A stretch of 64,000 nt of DNA from Arenicellales bacterium (lineage in GTDB: Bacteria > Pseudomonadota > Gammaproteobacteria > Arenicellales > JAHEKD01), in contig OZ242007.1 in NCBI GenBank assembly GCA_965204695.1, forward strand, positions 387,859-451,858. Direction: 5' to 3'. Numbering within the stretch: position 1 is the first letter of the stretch; each line of letters starts with the position of its first letter. Positions 8,782-18,128 of this stretch are shown here, piece after piece. The notes under the pieces were generated by a model. The model did no database searches. It saw nothing but the letters and a program-made list of their open reading frames with translations, and was not told where the DNA came from. The position numbers and the translations under genes are program-made.

Positions 8782-10320
8782 TTACTTGATTTTTGCTATT
8801 TCACCTGTAGCTAATTTACCTTGGTAATCACGTAAAAGCTCTTTAACTTTAGGCAACATAATATATAAACCAATAATATTTGGGACGGCCATCGCAAAGA
8901 TCATCGCATCAGAAAAGTCTAATACAGGACCTAAACTCATGGAGGCACCAATTACCACAAATATACAGAAAATGACTTTATAAACCATTTCCTTGGTTGC
9001 GCCTTCACCAAATAAGTATGTCCATGATTTAAGCCCATAGTAGGACCATGAAATCATAGTTGAAAATGCAAATAAAGCTGCTGCTATAGCCAGGATATAG
9101 GTGAAACCTCCCCATTGACTTTCAAAGGCTTTTGAAGTCAAGGAAATTCCAGACAAGAAACCCTCCTGCCCTTCAGGAATCCAGGAACCTGTTATTGTAA
9201 TAACCAAAGAAGTCATTGTACAAATGATTACCGTATCGATAAAAGGTTCTAACAAAGCAACGTAACCTTCAGTTGCGGGATGCTTAGTCTGTACCGCTGA
9301 GTGCGCGATTGCCGCTGAGCCTATACCCGCCTCATTTGAGAAGGCCGCTCGCCTGAATCCTTGAATCAAGGCACCAATCACACCACCTGTCACACCTTCG
9401 GCAGTAAAGGCTCCATCTAAAATTGCACCAAAAGCAGCCCCAACAGAGCCGATATTCATCAAAATTATAATTAATGCCGAGCCAACATATACAGCCGCCA
9501 TAAACGGTACAATTTTCTCTGTTACCCTGGCAATTGATTTAATCCCACCTATAATTACCAATCCAACAATAGCGGCCATGATCAAACCGAAAACGAAACC
9601 ACTTAAGTCAAATGGGAGAATACTTGCCACCTGTTTGTAGGACTGATTAGCCTGAAACATATTTCCACCGCCAAACGAGCCTAAAATACAAAAGATAGCG
9701 AATAGAACAGCTAGAACTTTTCCTATACCACCCAAGCCTTTTTCTGCAAGGCCTTTAGAAAGATAATACATTGGACCCCCAGAAACTGTTCCATCTGCGT
9801 ATTCATTACGATAATGAACACCCAAGATACATTCAGTACACTTTGAGGCCATACCCATTAAACCGGCAAGAATCATCCAAAATGTAGCTCCTGGCCCCCC
9901 AATGGCAACCGCTGCACCCACGCCTGCAATATTGCCCAAACCAACTGTACCAGAAAGTGCCGTACATAAAGCCTGAAAAGGCGTAACCTCACCCGCATCT
10001 TTCGGGTCGAGGTAATCACCTCGAACAATCGAAATCGAATGGGGGAAACCTCTGAATTGTAGAAACCCAAAATAAAGGGTGAATACCGCCGCCGCAACAA
10101 CCAGCCAGATTAGTACCCACGGTACAGAATAACCAAATAGGGCCTCTGAACCGGGCATTGCTGAAAATATCCTTTCGGAAATCGGATTAAAAATTGGTGC
10201 TATTGCTTCATTAATTTTATCAGCCGTGGTCATTTCAGTTTCAGTTGTTTCCTGGGCAACTGCCGACCAAGATGCAAAGAAGCCAATTAGTGTAATCAGT
10301 AAATTATTTAGTTTCCTCAT
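8782..10320 (-). CDS. Alanine/glycine:cation symporter (AGCS family)
   Basis: 512 aa, polytopic. Family-typical ALSGTVGLGNIAGVGAAVAIGGPGATFWM and FSNEAGIGSAAIAHSA. AGGAG Shine-Dalgarno upstream. Confidence 0.9.
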   Translation of the reverse strand: MRKLNNLLITLIGFFASWSAVAQETTETEMTTADKINEAIAPIFNPISERIFSAMPGSEALFGYSVPWVLIWLVVAAAVFTLYFGFLQFRGFPHSISIVRGDYLDPKDAGEVTPFQALCTALSGTVGLGNIAGVGAAVAIGGPGATFWMILAGLMGMASKCTECILGVHYRNEYADGTVSGGPMYYLSKGLAEKGLGGIGKVLAVLFAIFCILGSFGGGNMFQANQSYKQVASILPFDLSGFVFGLIMAAIVGLVIIGGIKSIARVTEKIVPFMAAVYVGSALIIILMNIGSVGAAFGAILDGAFTAEGVTGGVIGALIQGFRRAAFSNEAGIGSAAIAHSAVQTKHPATEGYVALLEPFIDTVIICTMTSLVITITGSWIPEGQEGFLSGISLTSKAFESQWGGFTYILAIAAALFAFSTMISWSYYGLKSWTYLFGEGATKEMVYKVIFCIFVVIGASMSLGPVLDFSDAMIFAMAVPNIIGLYIMLPKVKELLRDYQGKLATGEIAKIK

Positions 10321-10337
10321 CTCGTCTACTCCTATTG

Positions 10338-10767
10338 TTATGGAACTACGGTTACTGGGACATTTGAAATCTGTACCAGAACACCTGGAACAGAACCAAA
10401 CAAGCGGGATGTTAAGCCACCCCCACCATGACGACCGACAAACGATTGGTCTGCACCTATTTCGTCACAGTAACTGCTGATAACTTCAGCAATCTGACCA
10501 TACCGAACCTCACCTTCAATATTATCGCCACCTAACTTTTCTAACATAGGTACGATGACGGCTGACTTGGCACGTTCAAGTTCTTCCTGACGTCGTTTAT
10601 GACGTTCCTCTAATTCTTCGGGGGTTAAGAAGCTATAAGGCGACCACTCAAGAACATGTATAACCTTTAGCGATGCACCTGCTTTTTCAGCTTGCACTAA
10701 GGCATATTGGGCAGTACGAACACTTCCTTCACTACCGTCAATACCCACAACGTAACTTTTAGACATA
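10338..10767 (-). CDS. Universal stress protein (UspA family)
   Basis: Start moved to MSKSYVVGIDGSEGS (ATG 10767, GGAGAG SD). C-terminal GRHGGGGLTSRLFGSVPGVLVQISNVPVTVV is the Usp ATP-binding motif. Confidence 0.85.
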
Positions 10768-10891
10768 GTTACTCTCCTAGTTTTGATTAAAAAAAATTCA
10801 GCCGTTCGCTGAAGTGCCGAAAGAGTACCTTGTTTTACATCTAAAATAAACACTAAGATGATTTAGACTTAATATCTATCTATTTATAAAA

Positions 10892-10916
10892 TTAATGAAT
10901 AATCGTTATTCATTAA
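10892..10916. promoter_or_regulatory. Perfect 11-bp-arm palindrome TTAATGAATAA-TCG-TTATTCATTAA between pdxH and usp (AT-rich terminator or operator)
   Basis: Read directly. Followed on the minus strand by a T-rich run. Confidence 0.3.
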
Positions 10917-10922
10917 TTTAAT

Positions 10923-11555
10923 TTATGGTGCTAAACGGTTAATAGTCCATTGATTGGTGTCATTACCTATATATTCAAAACGATCGTGCAGCCTGTTTTG
11001 ACGCCCCTGCCAGAATTCAATTCGATTTGGAACTAGCCTGAAACCACCCCAAAAGTCTGGTCTTTTTAAATTATCTGTATCAATTTGTTCTTTTAAATCA
11101 ACCAATTGCTGATAAGAGTTAACAATCTGGCTCTGTGGGGAAGCGGCTGCACTGGCTTGACTGCCTTTTGGTCTCGATAAAAAATATTCATCAGATAAGC
11201 TTGTATCAACTTTCTCAATCTGACCTTCGATACGTACCTGGCGTTCCAGCTTATCCCACCATAGAGTCGCCGCTGCATAAGGTGAATTAGCGAGCTGCTG
11301 CCCTTTTCTGGATTCGTAGTTTGTATAAAACACAAAACCGTGATCAATACCTTTAAGTAGGACAATACGACAACTTGGCTTGCCTTGTTGACTAACTGTT
11401 GCAAGCGCCATGGCATTAGGTTCATGTACCTCAGAGTTACGTGCCTGACTAAACCAATCACTAAATTGCTCAATTGGATTTTCATTAAGATCATCACGAG
11501 TCAACTTTCGTAAAGCATAATCTTTACGCATATCAGCTAAATCACGATTAACCAT
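10923..11555 (-). CDS. pdxH: Pyridoxamine 5'-phosphate oxidase
   Basis: 210 aa. PNAMALATV, RIVLLKG, C-terminal RIEFWQGRQNRLHDRFEY typical of PdxH. Confidence 0.9.
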   Translation of the reverse strand: MVNRDLADMRKDYALRKLTRDDLNENPIEQFSDWFSQARNSEVHEPNAMALATVSQQGKPSCRIVLLKGIDHGFVFYTNYESRKGQQLANSPYAAATLWWDKLERQVRIEGQIEKVDTSLSDEYFLSRPKGSQASAAASPQSQIVNSYQQLVDLKEQIDTDNLKRPDFWGGFRLVPNRIEFWQGRQNRLHDRFEYIGNDTNQWTINRLAP

Positions 11556-11558
11556 CCT

Positions 11559-12707
11559 CTAATCCTTTTTAGAACAACCTTGAACTGTTTTAGCAATCAA
11601 GCCATCAACTACGTCCTTAAGGGCCTGCTCGCTTGATTTTCCATCCTGCTTTGATTGATTATAAATGTTAAGTTGATTATGCGCACTGGTTCCCCTTTCA
11701 ATAATAGTATAGGCATGTCGAACCTGGTCTACACAATCCAAAGCTTCAGCATCTTCAGCAATAATTTCCATCATTTCATCAAGCAATGTCTTGTAAGCTT
11801 TAATTTCTCCGACTCCAAAATCAATCAAACCATCATCTATGCCGTAGCGGTGGGCGCGCCAACGATTTTCTTCAATTAGAAAATTTGCATAAGTACGCCA
11901 ACGTTGATTACTGCGCCTGAGACGATATAACATCCGCAACCAACAAGCATAGATAGCAGCAATACAAACACCATCATCCACATCTGTACAGATATCAGCT
12001 ATACGTACTTCCAGAGTAGGAAATTTATGACTAGGTCTGATATCCCACCAAATCTTGCTGGAGTCTTCAATAATGCCGGCTGAAACTAAAACTTCTACAT
12101 GACGCTTATATTCCGTGTAAGTATCAAAATATGTCGGTAGACCTGTTCGTGGCATTTCGTTCCAGACACAAATGCGATAAGACTTCAATCCTGTGTCCTG
12201 TCCACGCCAGAATGGTGATGAAGTGCTTAAAGCTAATAGATGTGGCAATATGTAAGCCGCCTGGCTCATTAAATCAACGCGCAAATCATCATCGGGTATA
12301 CCCACGTGAATATGCATACCACTGATCAATAACCTGCGCACCACCTGTTGCAGGTCTTTTGCCAGATCATAATAACGATCCTTATCGGTAAGCTGCTGTT
12401 CACCGCTCAAGGCGAAAGGATGCGTTGAGCTGGCAATCAAACCCAGATCAAATTCACCGACAATTTCAGACACCGTCGCCCTGAAATGGCCTAATTCCTT
12501 ACGAGCCTCAGCAATGGTTTTGCATACTGGTGTGCCAATTTCGACCTGGCACTGCAGAAATTCTCTAGTGACTTTATCTCCTAATGCCTTTTCTAACTTT
12601 GGCCATACTCCGTCAGGAACAGTTTCAATTAAATTTCTCGATTCTAGATCGACGAGGTAATATTCTTCCTCAATACCAACACTGTAATCTGGATTTGTAC
12701 TAATCAT
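11559..12707 (-). CDS. Carboxylate-amine ligase, YbdK / glutamate-cysteine-ligase family 2
   Basis: 382 aa. N-terminal VGIEEEYYLVD, GMHIHVG, EVRIADI motifs of the GCS2 family. Confidence 0.85.
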   Translation of the reverse strand: MISTNPDYSVGIEEEYYLVDLESRNLIETVPDGVWPKLEKALGDKVTREFLQCQVEIGTPVCKTIAEARKELGHFRATVSEIVGEFDLGLIASSTHPFALSGEQQLTDKDRYYDLAKDLQQVVRRLLISGMHIHVGIPDDDLRVDLMSQAAYILPHLLALSTSSPFWRGQDTGLKSYRICVWNEMPRTGLPTYFDTYTEYKRHVEVLVSAGIIEDSSKIWWDIRPSHKFPTLEVRIADICTDVDDGVCIAAIYACWLRMLYRLRRSNQRWRTYANFLIEENRWRAHRYGIDDGLIDFGVGEIKAYKTLLDEMMEIIAEDAEALDCVDQVRHAYTIIERGTSAHNQLNIYNQSKQDGKSSEQALKDVVDGLIAKTVQGCSKKD

Positions 12708-13510
12708 GCTTGCTCCAGGATTGAATATAAATGTTGATCATCAAGCAAAGGCTCCAATGCCTGATGAATAATGGTAGCCCAACGCATTACTCCAACCTCA
12801 TCCATCACCAGGTCTTGTCGAACTTCAATAAACAGATGCGGCAATCCACGTCCACGAGCATGCACATCAAAAGCATACCCTAAGGGGTCGATAGCTGTAT
12901 AAGGCTGATTATCACCAACGACCAAATCATCCCTGATTTTAAGATTTTTCATGAATGGAAGAGCCATACGGTCATCCGTGTCCCACATAACACCAGTATG
13001 CCAAGGGCGTTTAACACCATGATAAATCGGGGTAAAAGTATGGATGGCCAAGATCACCGGGTGAATGCCTTTGCTCTGGAATCCATTTAAAACTTCAGCG
13101 AATTTATTGTGGTAAGGCCAGAATAATTCATTAACACGAGCCTGACATTGATCTTGATCAAGCGGATGGTTTCCGGGAATTTCCGTGCCTTCGCTGACAA
13201 TTGGAATTGAACTAGGGTCACTCAAATGACGATTTAAATCGATCACCAAGCGTGAATAACCAGAATGAATGAGTGGTGCGTCCAGCTTATCGGAAATTAA
13301 TTTAGACAAATTTAGTGCACCAATATCATAGGCGATATGACGCTCAAGTTGGTTTGCATCAAGGCCTAAATCACCTAGTTGTGAAGGGATCAGGTTGCTG
13401 GCGTGGTCACAAGTCACCAATACTGGCGCCTGACCGGTTAAATTTTCAACCGTTACAGCCGCCGTCATATCATCATTATTTAATAATTTAAACTTACTTT
13501 CGCTCGACAT
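12704..13510 (-). CDS. N-formylglutamate amidohydrolase-family protein
   Basis: 268 aa. VLVTCDHASN, SRLVIDLNR, LAIHTF motifs of the FGase family. 4-nt ATGA overlap with the downstream ligase gene. Confidence 0.75.
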   Translation of the reverse strand: MSSESKFKLLNNDDMTAAVTVENLTGQAPVLVTCDHASNLIPSQLGDLGLDANQLERHIAYDIGALNLSKLISDKLDAPLIHSGYSRLVIDLNRHLSDPSSIPIVSEGTEIPGNHPLDQDQCQARVNELFWPYHNKFAEVLNGFQSKGIHPVILAIHTFTPIYHGVKRPWHTGVMWDTDDRMALPFMKNLKIRDDLVVGDNQPYTAIDPLGYAFDVHARGRGLPHLFIEVRQDLVMDEVGVMRWATIIHQALEPLLDDQHLYSILEQA

Positions 13511-13581
13511 TTAAGTTTTGTAATAGATACTTCCAAAGGCAATCATATACCAACTGTTTTTAACTTGTAAGCACTGACGAG

Positions 13582-14934
13582 TTAAATAATTATTTGATAA
13601 AGCAAACCTGCAATTCCCGATAATGCAATCACCCAAATCACGCCCAGTTTTAATCGAGACAGGGCCAAGAATGCCACGACAGCTAAAAGGATGGCCACCA
13701 ACTCTGTGTTTCCAGTAAAACCGTTTGGCCAAAATGTGTGAATCGAAAAGAATAAGGCTAGATTCAATATCACCCCAACCACAGCAGCTGTAATGGCTGT
13801 TAGTGGAGCAGTAAACTTAATATCATCACGAGTTTTCTCAACTAATGGTCCACCGACCAAAATAAATAAAAACGAAGGTAAGAAAGTAAATAAAGTAGCC
13901 ACGGCAGCCGCTAGCCAAGCAGCTAAAACGGGATTGCTCAATTCAGCCGTCCAGCCACCGACAAATCCAACAAAGGCAACAATCATTATCAAAGGGCCAG
14001 GCGTAGTTTCGCCCAAAGCCAACCCATCAATCATTTGCGTTGAAGTCAACCAACCATAGACCTCTACCCCACCTTGATGAACGTATGGTAAAACAGCGTA
14101 AGCACCACCAAAAGTAACCAGGGCAGCTTTAGTGAAAAACAGGGCCATTTGGGTATAGACTGATTGCCAACCGTAAATCATTACAAACATCAGAAACAAA
14201 AAAACTATCAAAGCTATTCCTACCACTGCATGACTTATAAATCTACTCCAGTTAAATCTTGCATACTCAGGTGGCAGAGTTTGATCGCCAATAATTGCGT
14301 CAGAGACTAAAGGCCCTGATGAGTTATGCTGATCATTCATCTCAAACCATTGCTTATGAAATTGGCTTAACAGCCAACCTATTACTCCAGCTCCAATAAC
14401 AATATAGGGAAATGGAATCTTTAAAATTGCAATCGCCACAAAAGCGCCAGCTGCCAGCAACCATAGAATCGGATTCTTTAATACATTCCTGCCAATACGA
14501 AAAGCTGCAAACAACACTATTGCAACAACCGCCGGTTTGACTCCATACAATATTCCCTGAACTACCGGAAGTTCACCGTAAACTAAATACAACCAGGCTA
14601 AGATTGAGAGAATAAAAAATGACGGTAAAACAAACAGCAGACCTGCAATTATTCCACCACGCACTCCATGCATTAACCAACCAACATACGTAGCTAGTTG
14701 TTGAGCCTCGGGGCCTGGCAATAACATAGTGTAATTCAAGGCGTGAAGAAAACGCTTATCAGAAATCCACCGACGCCGTTCAACCAGTTCATCATGCATC
14801 ATACTAATTTGCCCGGCAGGACCGCCGAAGCTTATAAAACCAAGCTTAAACCAAAACTTTAATGCCTCAGTAAATGGAATTTCTACTGGCATAGACTCTT
14901 CAGAGTCATCTTTTAAGTCCATTGATTGGTTCAT
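13582..14934 (-). CDS. chrA: Chromate ion transporter ChrA (two CHR halves)
   Basis: 450 aa. FKLGFISFGGPAGQISMMHDELVERRRW in the first half and FTKAALVTFGGAYAVLPY in the second. Confidence 0.9.
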   Translation of the reverse strand: MNQSMDLKDDSEESMPVEIPFTEALKFWFKLGFISFGGPAGQISMMHDELVERRRWISDKRFLHALNYTMLLPGPEAQQLATYVGWLMHGVRGGIIAGLLFVLPSFFILSILAWLYLVYGELPVVQGILYGVKPAVVAIVLFAAFRIGRNVLKNPILWLLAAGAFVAIAILKIPFPYIVIGAGVIGWLLSQFHKQWFEMNDQHNSSGPLVSDAIIGDQTLPPEYARFNWSRFISHAVVGIALIVFLFLMFVMIYGWQSVYTQMALFFTKAALVTFGGAYAVLPYVHQGGVEVYGWLTSTQMIDGLALGETTPGPLIMIVAFVGFVGGWTAELSNPVLAAWLAAAVATLFTFLPSFLFILVGGPLVEKTRDDIKFTAPLTAITAAVVGVILNLALFFSIHTFWPNGFTGNTELVAILLAVVAFLALSRLKLGVIWVIALSGIAGLLYQIII

Positions 14935-14937
14935 TAT

Positions 14938-15753
14938 TCAGACTTTGTTAGAAGACGTTGGCCAGTCATGAGTTTCATCTACTGCATCTCTTGTCCAACG
15001 ATAAAATGAATCATATAAAGCCATTCCAGCCTCAAGCTGCTGCAAATCATCTCGATACATTCTGGAAAGACCTAACGATGCAGCTAACAACCCTGGTGAT
15101 TGTGGAGTCAAATCCAGTCGATTAGTATCAGCGCCACGAACTATTTTAGCTAATCGTAACAATGGCTCCGTTTTTAACTCAAATTCTTCCAACATGACAT
15201 CGAATGTGCATAACTCGTTTCTATGACTGAAAAATACGTTTTCGATATCAAATGGAGTCGCCTGAAATTTCTCTGCCACCAGTTCTACTTGGGAAGCCGC
15301 GACAAATAGAAACCGGGCGTTTCGATCAATAAAACGTCGAATTAACCAAGCACAAGCGATACGATCGACTTTGGGCCGCTGTTTGGTCACCCATAAAGTA
15401 TGACCGTTATCATTCAATTCAATTTTGCTGGCTGGAATTAATGGTTGACCGGCGTCACGCCAACCAAACATCCCTCCTTCTAGATTCTCAGCATCAACAG
15501 CTTGTATCCTTAATACTGCCGCTGAACCTTCGCTAATTTTCAATCCTTTTTGGCACACAACAATGACTTTCTTGCCCAATAATTGCGAAGCTATTGAGAT
15601 CATATCCGTATGCGGGTGCCTAAATGCTGTAGGAATTAACCTTGGATCGTGGTTGAAGTCCTCATCGATACAAGCATCAATAATAATCGGACAATCTGGA
15701 GTGCCTATAAGACGTGATAATTGGGAAACGGTTATTTGGGTAGGCGATGGCAT
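14938..15753 (-). CDS. Rhodanese-like domain fused to ChrB C-terminal domain (chromate-resistance regulator-like)
   Basis: Start moved to MPSPTQ (ATG 15753, GAGGA SD). Rhodanese-like VIVVCQKGLKISEG, then ChrB-type WVTKQRPKVDRIACAWLIRRFIDRNARFLF. Confidence 0.8.
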   Translation of the reverse strand: MPSPTQITVSQLSRLIGTPDCPIIIDACIDEDFNHDPRLIPTAFRHPHTDMISIASQLLGKKVIVVCQKGLKISEGSAAVLRIQAVDAENLEGGMFGWRDAGQPLIPASKIELNDNGHTLWVTKQRPKVDRIACAWLIRRFIDRNARFLFVAASQVELVAEKFQATPFDIENVFFSHRNELCTFDVMLEEFELKTEPLLRLAKIVRGADTNRLDLTPQSPGLLAASLGLSRMYRDDLQQLEAGMALYDSFYRWTRDAVDETHDWPTSSNKV

Positions 15754-16048
15754 AACATCCTCACTATTTACAAAGTTAATAAAGGATGCGAAATTCAGCT
15801 GTCGCCTCACGGGGAGTTCGCAGTCCCCTTGTCAAAGACTATAAAAAAATCAATGGATTCTGTCAATAATTTAGCCTTTTCCAGCACACCTTAAATTAGG
15901 CACATTTCTAAGTTCTGATATTACGGAATGATAAGAAATAACCGGTGGATTGCTATAGTCGTTCGTAGTCATTTGTTCACAATGACTCATATGAAGCCAC
16001 ACCCTACCCATAACCAAATGACGTACTGATGCCACCACACCCCTTCAG

Positions 16049-16074
16049 GTCATTGCGAGCAACACGAAGCAATC
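16049..16074. repeat. Intergenic hairpin repeat, GTCATTGCGAG..GCAATC type
   Basis: GTCATTGCGAGCAACACGAAGCAATC. Related copies at 49665..49707, with looser variants at 25227..25264 and 29039..29064. Confidence 0.6.
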
Positions 16075-16125
16075 TATGGACATCACTAAGGCGATAAAGA
16101 AGGCTGCCGATCTTGCTCTATACAA

Positions 16126-17997
16126 TCAATAACAGTCAAGGTTATCACCTTCAACACTTGTTGAACCCGGCTTTAAACGGCTGTTTTGTGCACAAACGGC
16201 GGTTGAGCCCGGGTCATTAAAATGCACCGTAAAATCATCCGCTACTTCCATGTGATTGTTAAACATAAAATAAACATCGTCTGTATCGCCAAATGCGGTG
16301 TCTACGCTGCCTCCGGTGCTTGAGACAAGAGTCGAGTGATAAATTTTGGCTGTAAATACCCCACCAGAAGTTTCTGCATTGATCACAGAATTATTAGAGC
16401 CAGTTGCCCGGAGATAAGAATTGTCAATGCGAAGATCAGTAATTGACGAGGTTAACTTAGTGATCACATGATCAATGGAAACCAATTCACTATCACGAAC
16501 GATAACATCACTTCCTCCACCTATTTTTATAGCATGATCCGGCACATTCACATCCACTGCGATCACTTGTATATTCGTGTTTCCAGCTAAAAATACTAAG
16601 CCATCAGCACCTGCTCCCACGGCTGTCACCTTGAGATTACGCAAAGTCATATCGCTACCAGTGTCTATATCGACTATTTCACCTGAACTTGCATGAGCAC
16701 CGTCAAAATGGATATCGGCAATCAGCCCGTTGCCATTGAGCCGGATCACCCCTACGCTACTTGCACCGCGTATGACAGTGGCGCTTGGTCCAGCCCCGAC
16801 CAGAGACACGTTCGCCGGCAGAAGAAGAACGAATACGCCCAGATCATAAACACCTGGCTCAAGCCTGACGATCCATGGGTCCGCTGCTGTTGCACCACTA
16901 ACTGTAGACATCGCCGCAAGTAAATTCGAACCGTTGGTCGCGTCTGAACCATCACCCTTAACAATGACCGTACGTGCATAAAGATCCGTGCCGTCCGCTC
17001 CCGCCGGCCCTTGAGGGCCCTGTGGGCCTTGGGGACCCTGTGGGCCCTGATTACCTTGTGGACCCTGTGGGCCTTGCGGACCCTGTGGGCCTTGTGGCCC
17101 TGCCGGACCAGCAGGGCCTTGAGGGCCTGTCAAACCATTCTCAACCAGGGTAGTGACTTCATCCTTGGTGAAATAAAGGTTATCATGATCATGACCGGCA
17201 TTGCTTAAATAACCCATCACATCTACCACCAAGTGCGTCGGTGTGCTGGCAAACACAGAAATCTCATTAATACCGGCTATGGCGGACTTGAGTACCAGAG
17301 CATTTGCTATATCTACTCTTAAGTAGTTCAGTACACTGGAATTCGGCCGCACTGTACCAAATGGAAATGCTGTCAAAAACCCGGCTCTATCGCTTTGGGT
17401 AGAAGTGAAGTTAAGTACGATTGCTGCCGGTTCATCAGCCCCATCCGGAACACCGCAGTTGGCCACACCTCCCTGACCGCTGGTATTGCCATTGATCGAA
17501 TATGAACGAGTCTCTAAATCACCAAATTTTCCACCACTTAATCGCGTATCTATTATCCTGCACGGTGGCAATGGGGTATAAACCAGATCTCTTTCCGCAT
17601 CACCCAGTGCCAATGTCGCTGACAAATCCTCAAGCTGACCCAGGTTTTGGGTTTTTATTTCACCACCGCGGATAATAGTGATTACCTGATCATAATTTTG
17701 AGCGTTTTGAACTTCATTGAGTTGCCTGACAGGCAATTGTTCAAGGTGGGCCCGAATCTCAGCACGCCAGCCGACAAACCCTCTTTGCTGTGCCTCGGGC
17801 GCTATACGATTAATAACATTTTGGATAATAATCGGACGATACGTTCTGTCCCATTGTTCTACTGCCTGCTTATATTTTTTTGTTTTATCTAATTGATTCT
17901 CCGCAGCAGCAGAAACAATCAATAAAGAACTTAGAAGCAATCCTGTTAAGAAAATAAAATAAATGACAGTACGTGTGAACGGACTCTTATTAGACAT
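16126..17997 (-). CDS. Secreted or anchored protein: N-terminal domain + collagen-like Gly-X-Y triple-helix segment + C-terminal parallel beta-helix-like domain
   Basis: 623 aa. N-terminal hydrophobic signal/anchor, 15 uninterrupted GXY triplets (aa 291-335, mostly GPQ), then a Gly/Val/Asp-rich repetitive C-terminal part (VSLVGAG.., [10 protein letters not shown].., [10 protein letters not shown]..). Ends in a Cys pair. Confidence 0.75.
   Translation of the reverse strand: MSNKSPFTRTVIYFIFLTGLLLSSLLIVSAAAENQLDKTKKYKQAVEQWDRTYRPIIIQNVINRIAPEAQQRGFVGWRAEIRAHLEQLPVRQLNEVQNAQNYDQVITIIRGGEIKTQNLGQLEDLSATLALGDAERDLVYTPLPPCRIIDTRLSGGKFGDLETRSYSINGNTSGQGGVANCGVPDGADEPAAIVLNFTSTQSDRAGFLTAFPFGTVRPNSSVLNYLRVDIANALVLKSAIAGINEISVFASTPTHLVVDVMGYLSNAGHDHDNLYFTKDEVTTLVENGLTGPQGPAGPAGPQGPQGPQGPQGPQGNQGPQGPQGPQGPQGPAGADGTDLYARTVIVKGDGSDATNGSNLLAAMSTVSGATAADPWIVRLEPGVYDLGVFVLLLPANVSLVGAGPSATVIRGASSVGVIRLNGNGLIADIHFDGAHASSGEIVDIDTGSDMTLRNLKVTAVGAGADGLVFLAGNTNIQVIAVDVNVPDHAIKIGGGSDVIVRDSELVSIDHVITKLTSSITDLRIDNSYLRATGSNNSVINAETSGGVFTAKIYHSTLVSSTGGSVDTAFGDTDDVYFMFNNHMEVADDFTVHFNDPGSTAVCAQNSRLKPGSTSVEGDNLDCY
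16993..17127 (-). repeat. Tandem 9-bp (GXY-coding) repeat tract inside the collagen-like gene
   Basis: Plus strand reads repeated CCTTG(A/T/G)GG(G/A)CC-type units. Translates as [45 protein letters not shown]. Confidence 0.9.
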
Positions 17998-18128
17998 CTC
18001 GCCACCCTCATTGGCGTTAACTTTTTAGTTATTATTAAAATATTGTTCTTATTATTAGGCTTTATTATTTTAGAAATTTAAAGCTATAACTAAACCCTAC
18101 AGCCCTTAAATTTATCTGTCAAAGGTAA

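Noticed and set aside
11093-11497. 134-aa ORF inside pdxH, same strand, other frame
   Set aside because: It is fully nested in a gene with clear PdxH motifs. An alternative-frame artefact.
13511-13732. 73-aa minus-strand ORF overlapping the 3' end of chrA
   Set aside because: It overlaps the well-supported chrA frame and has no motif or RBS.
16993-17127. Short tandem DNA repeats that could be mistaken for a CRISPR or VNTR locus
   Set aside because: The units are 9 bp, contiguous and in frame, encoding Gly-X-Y triplets of a long ORF. There are no spacers.
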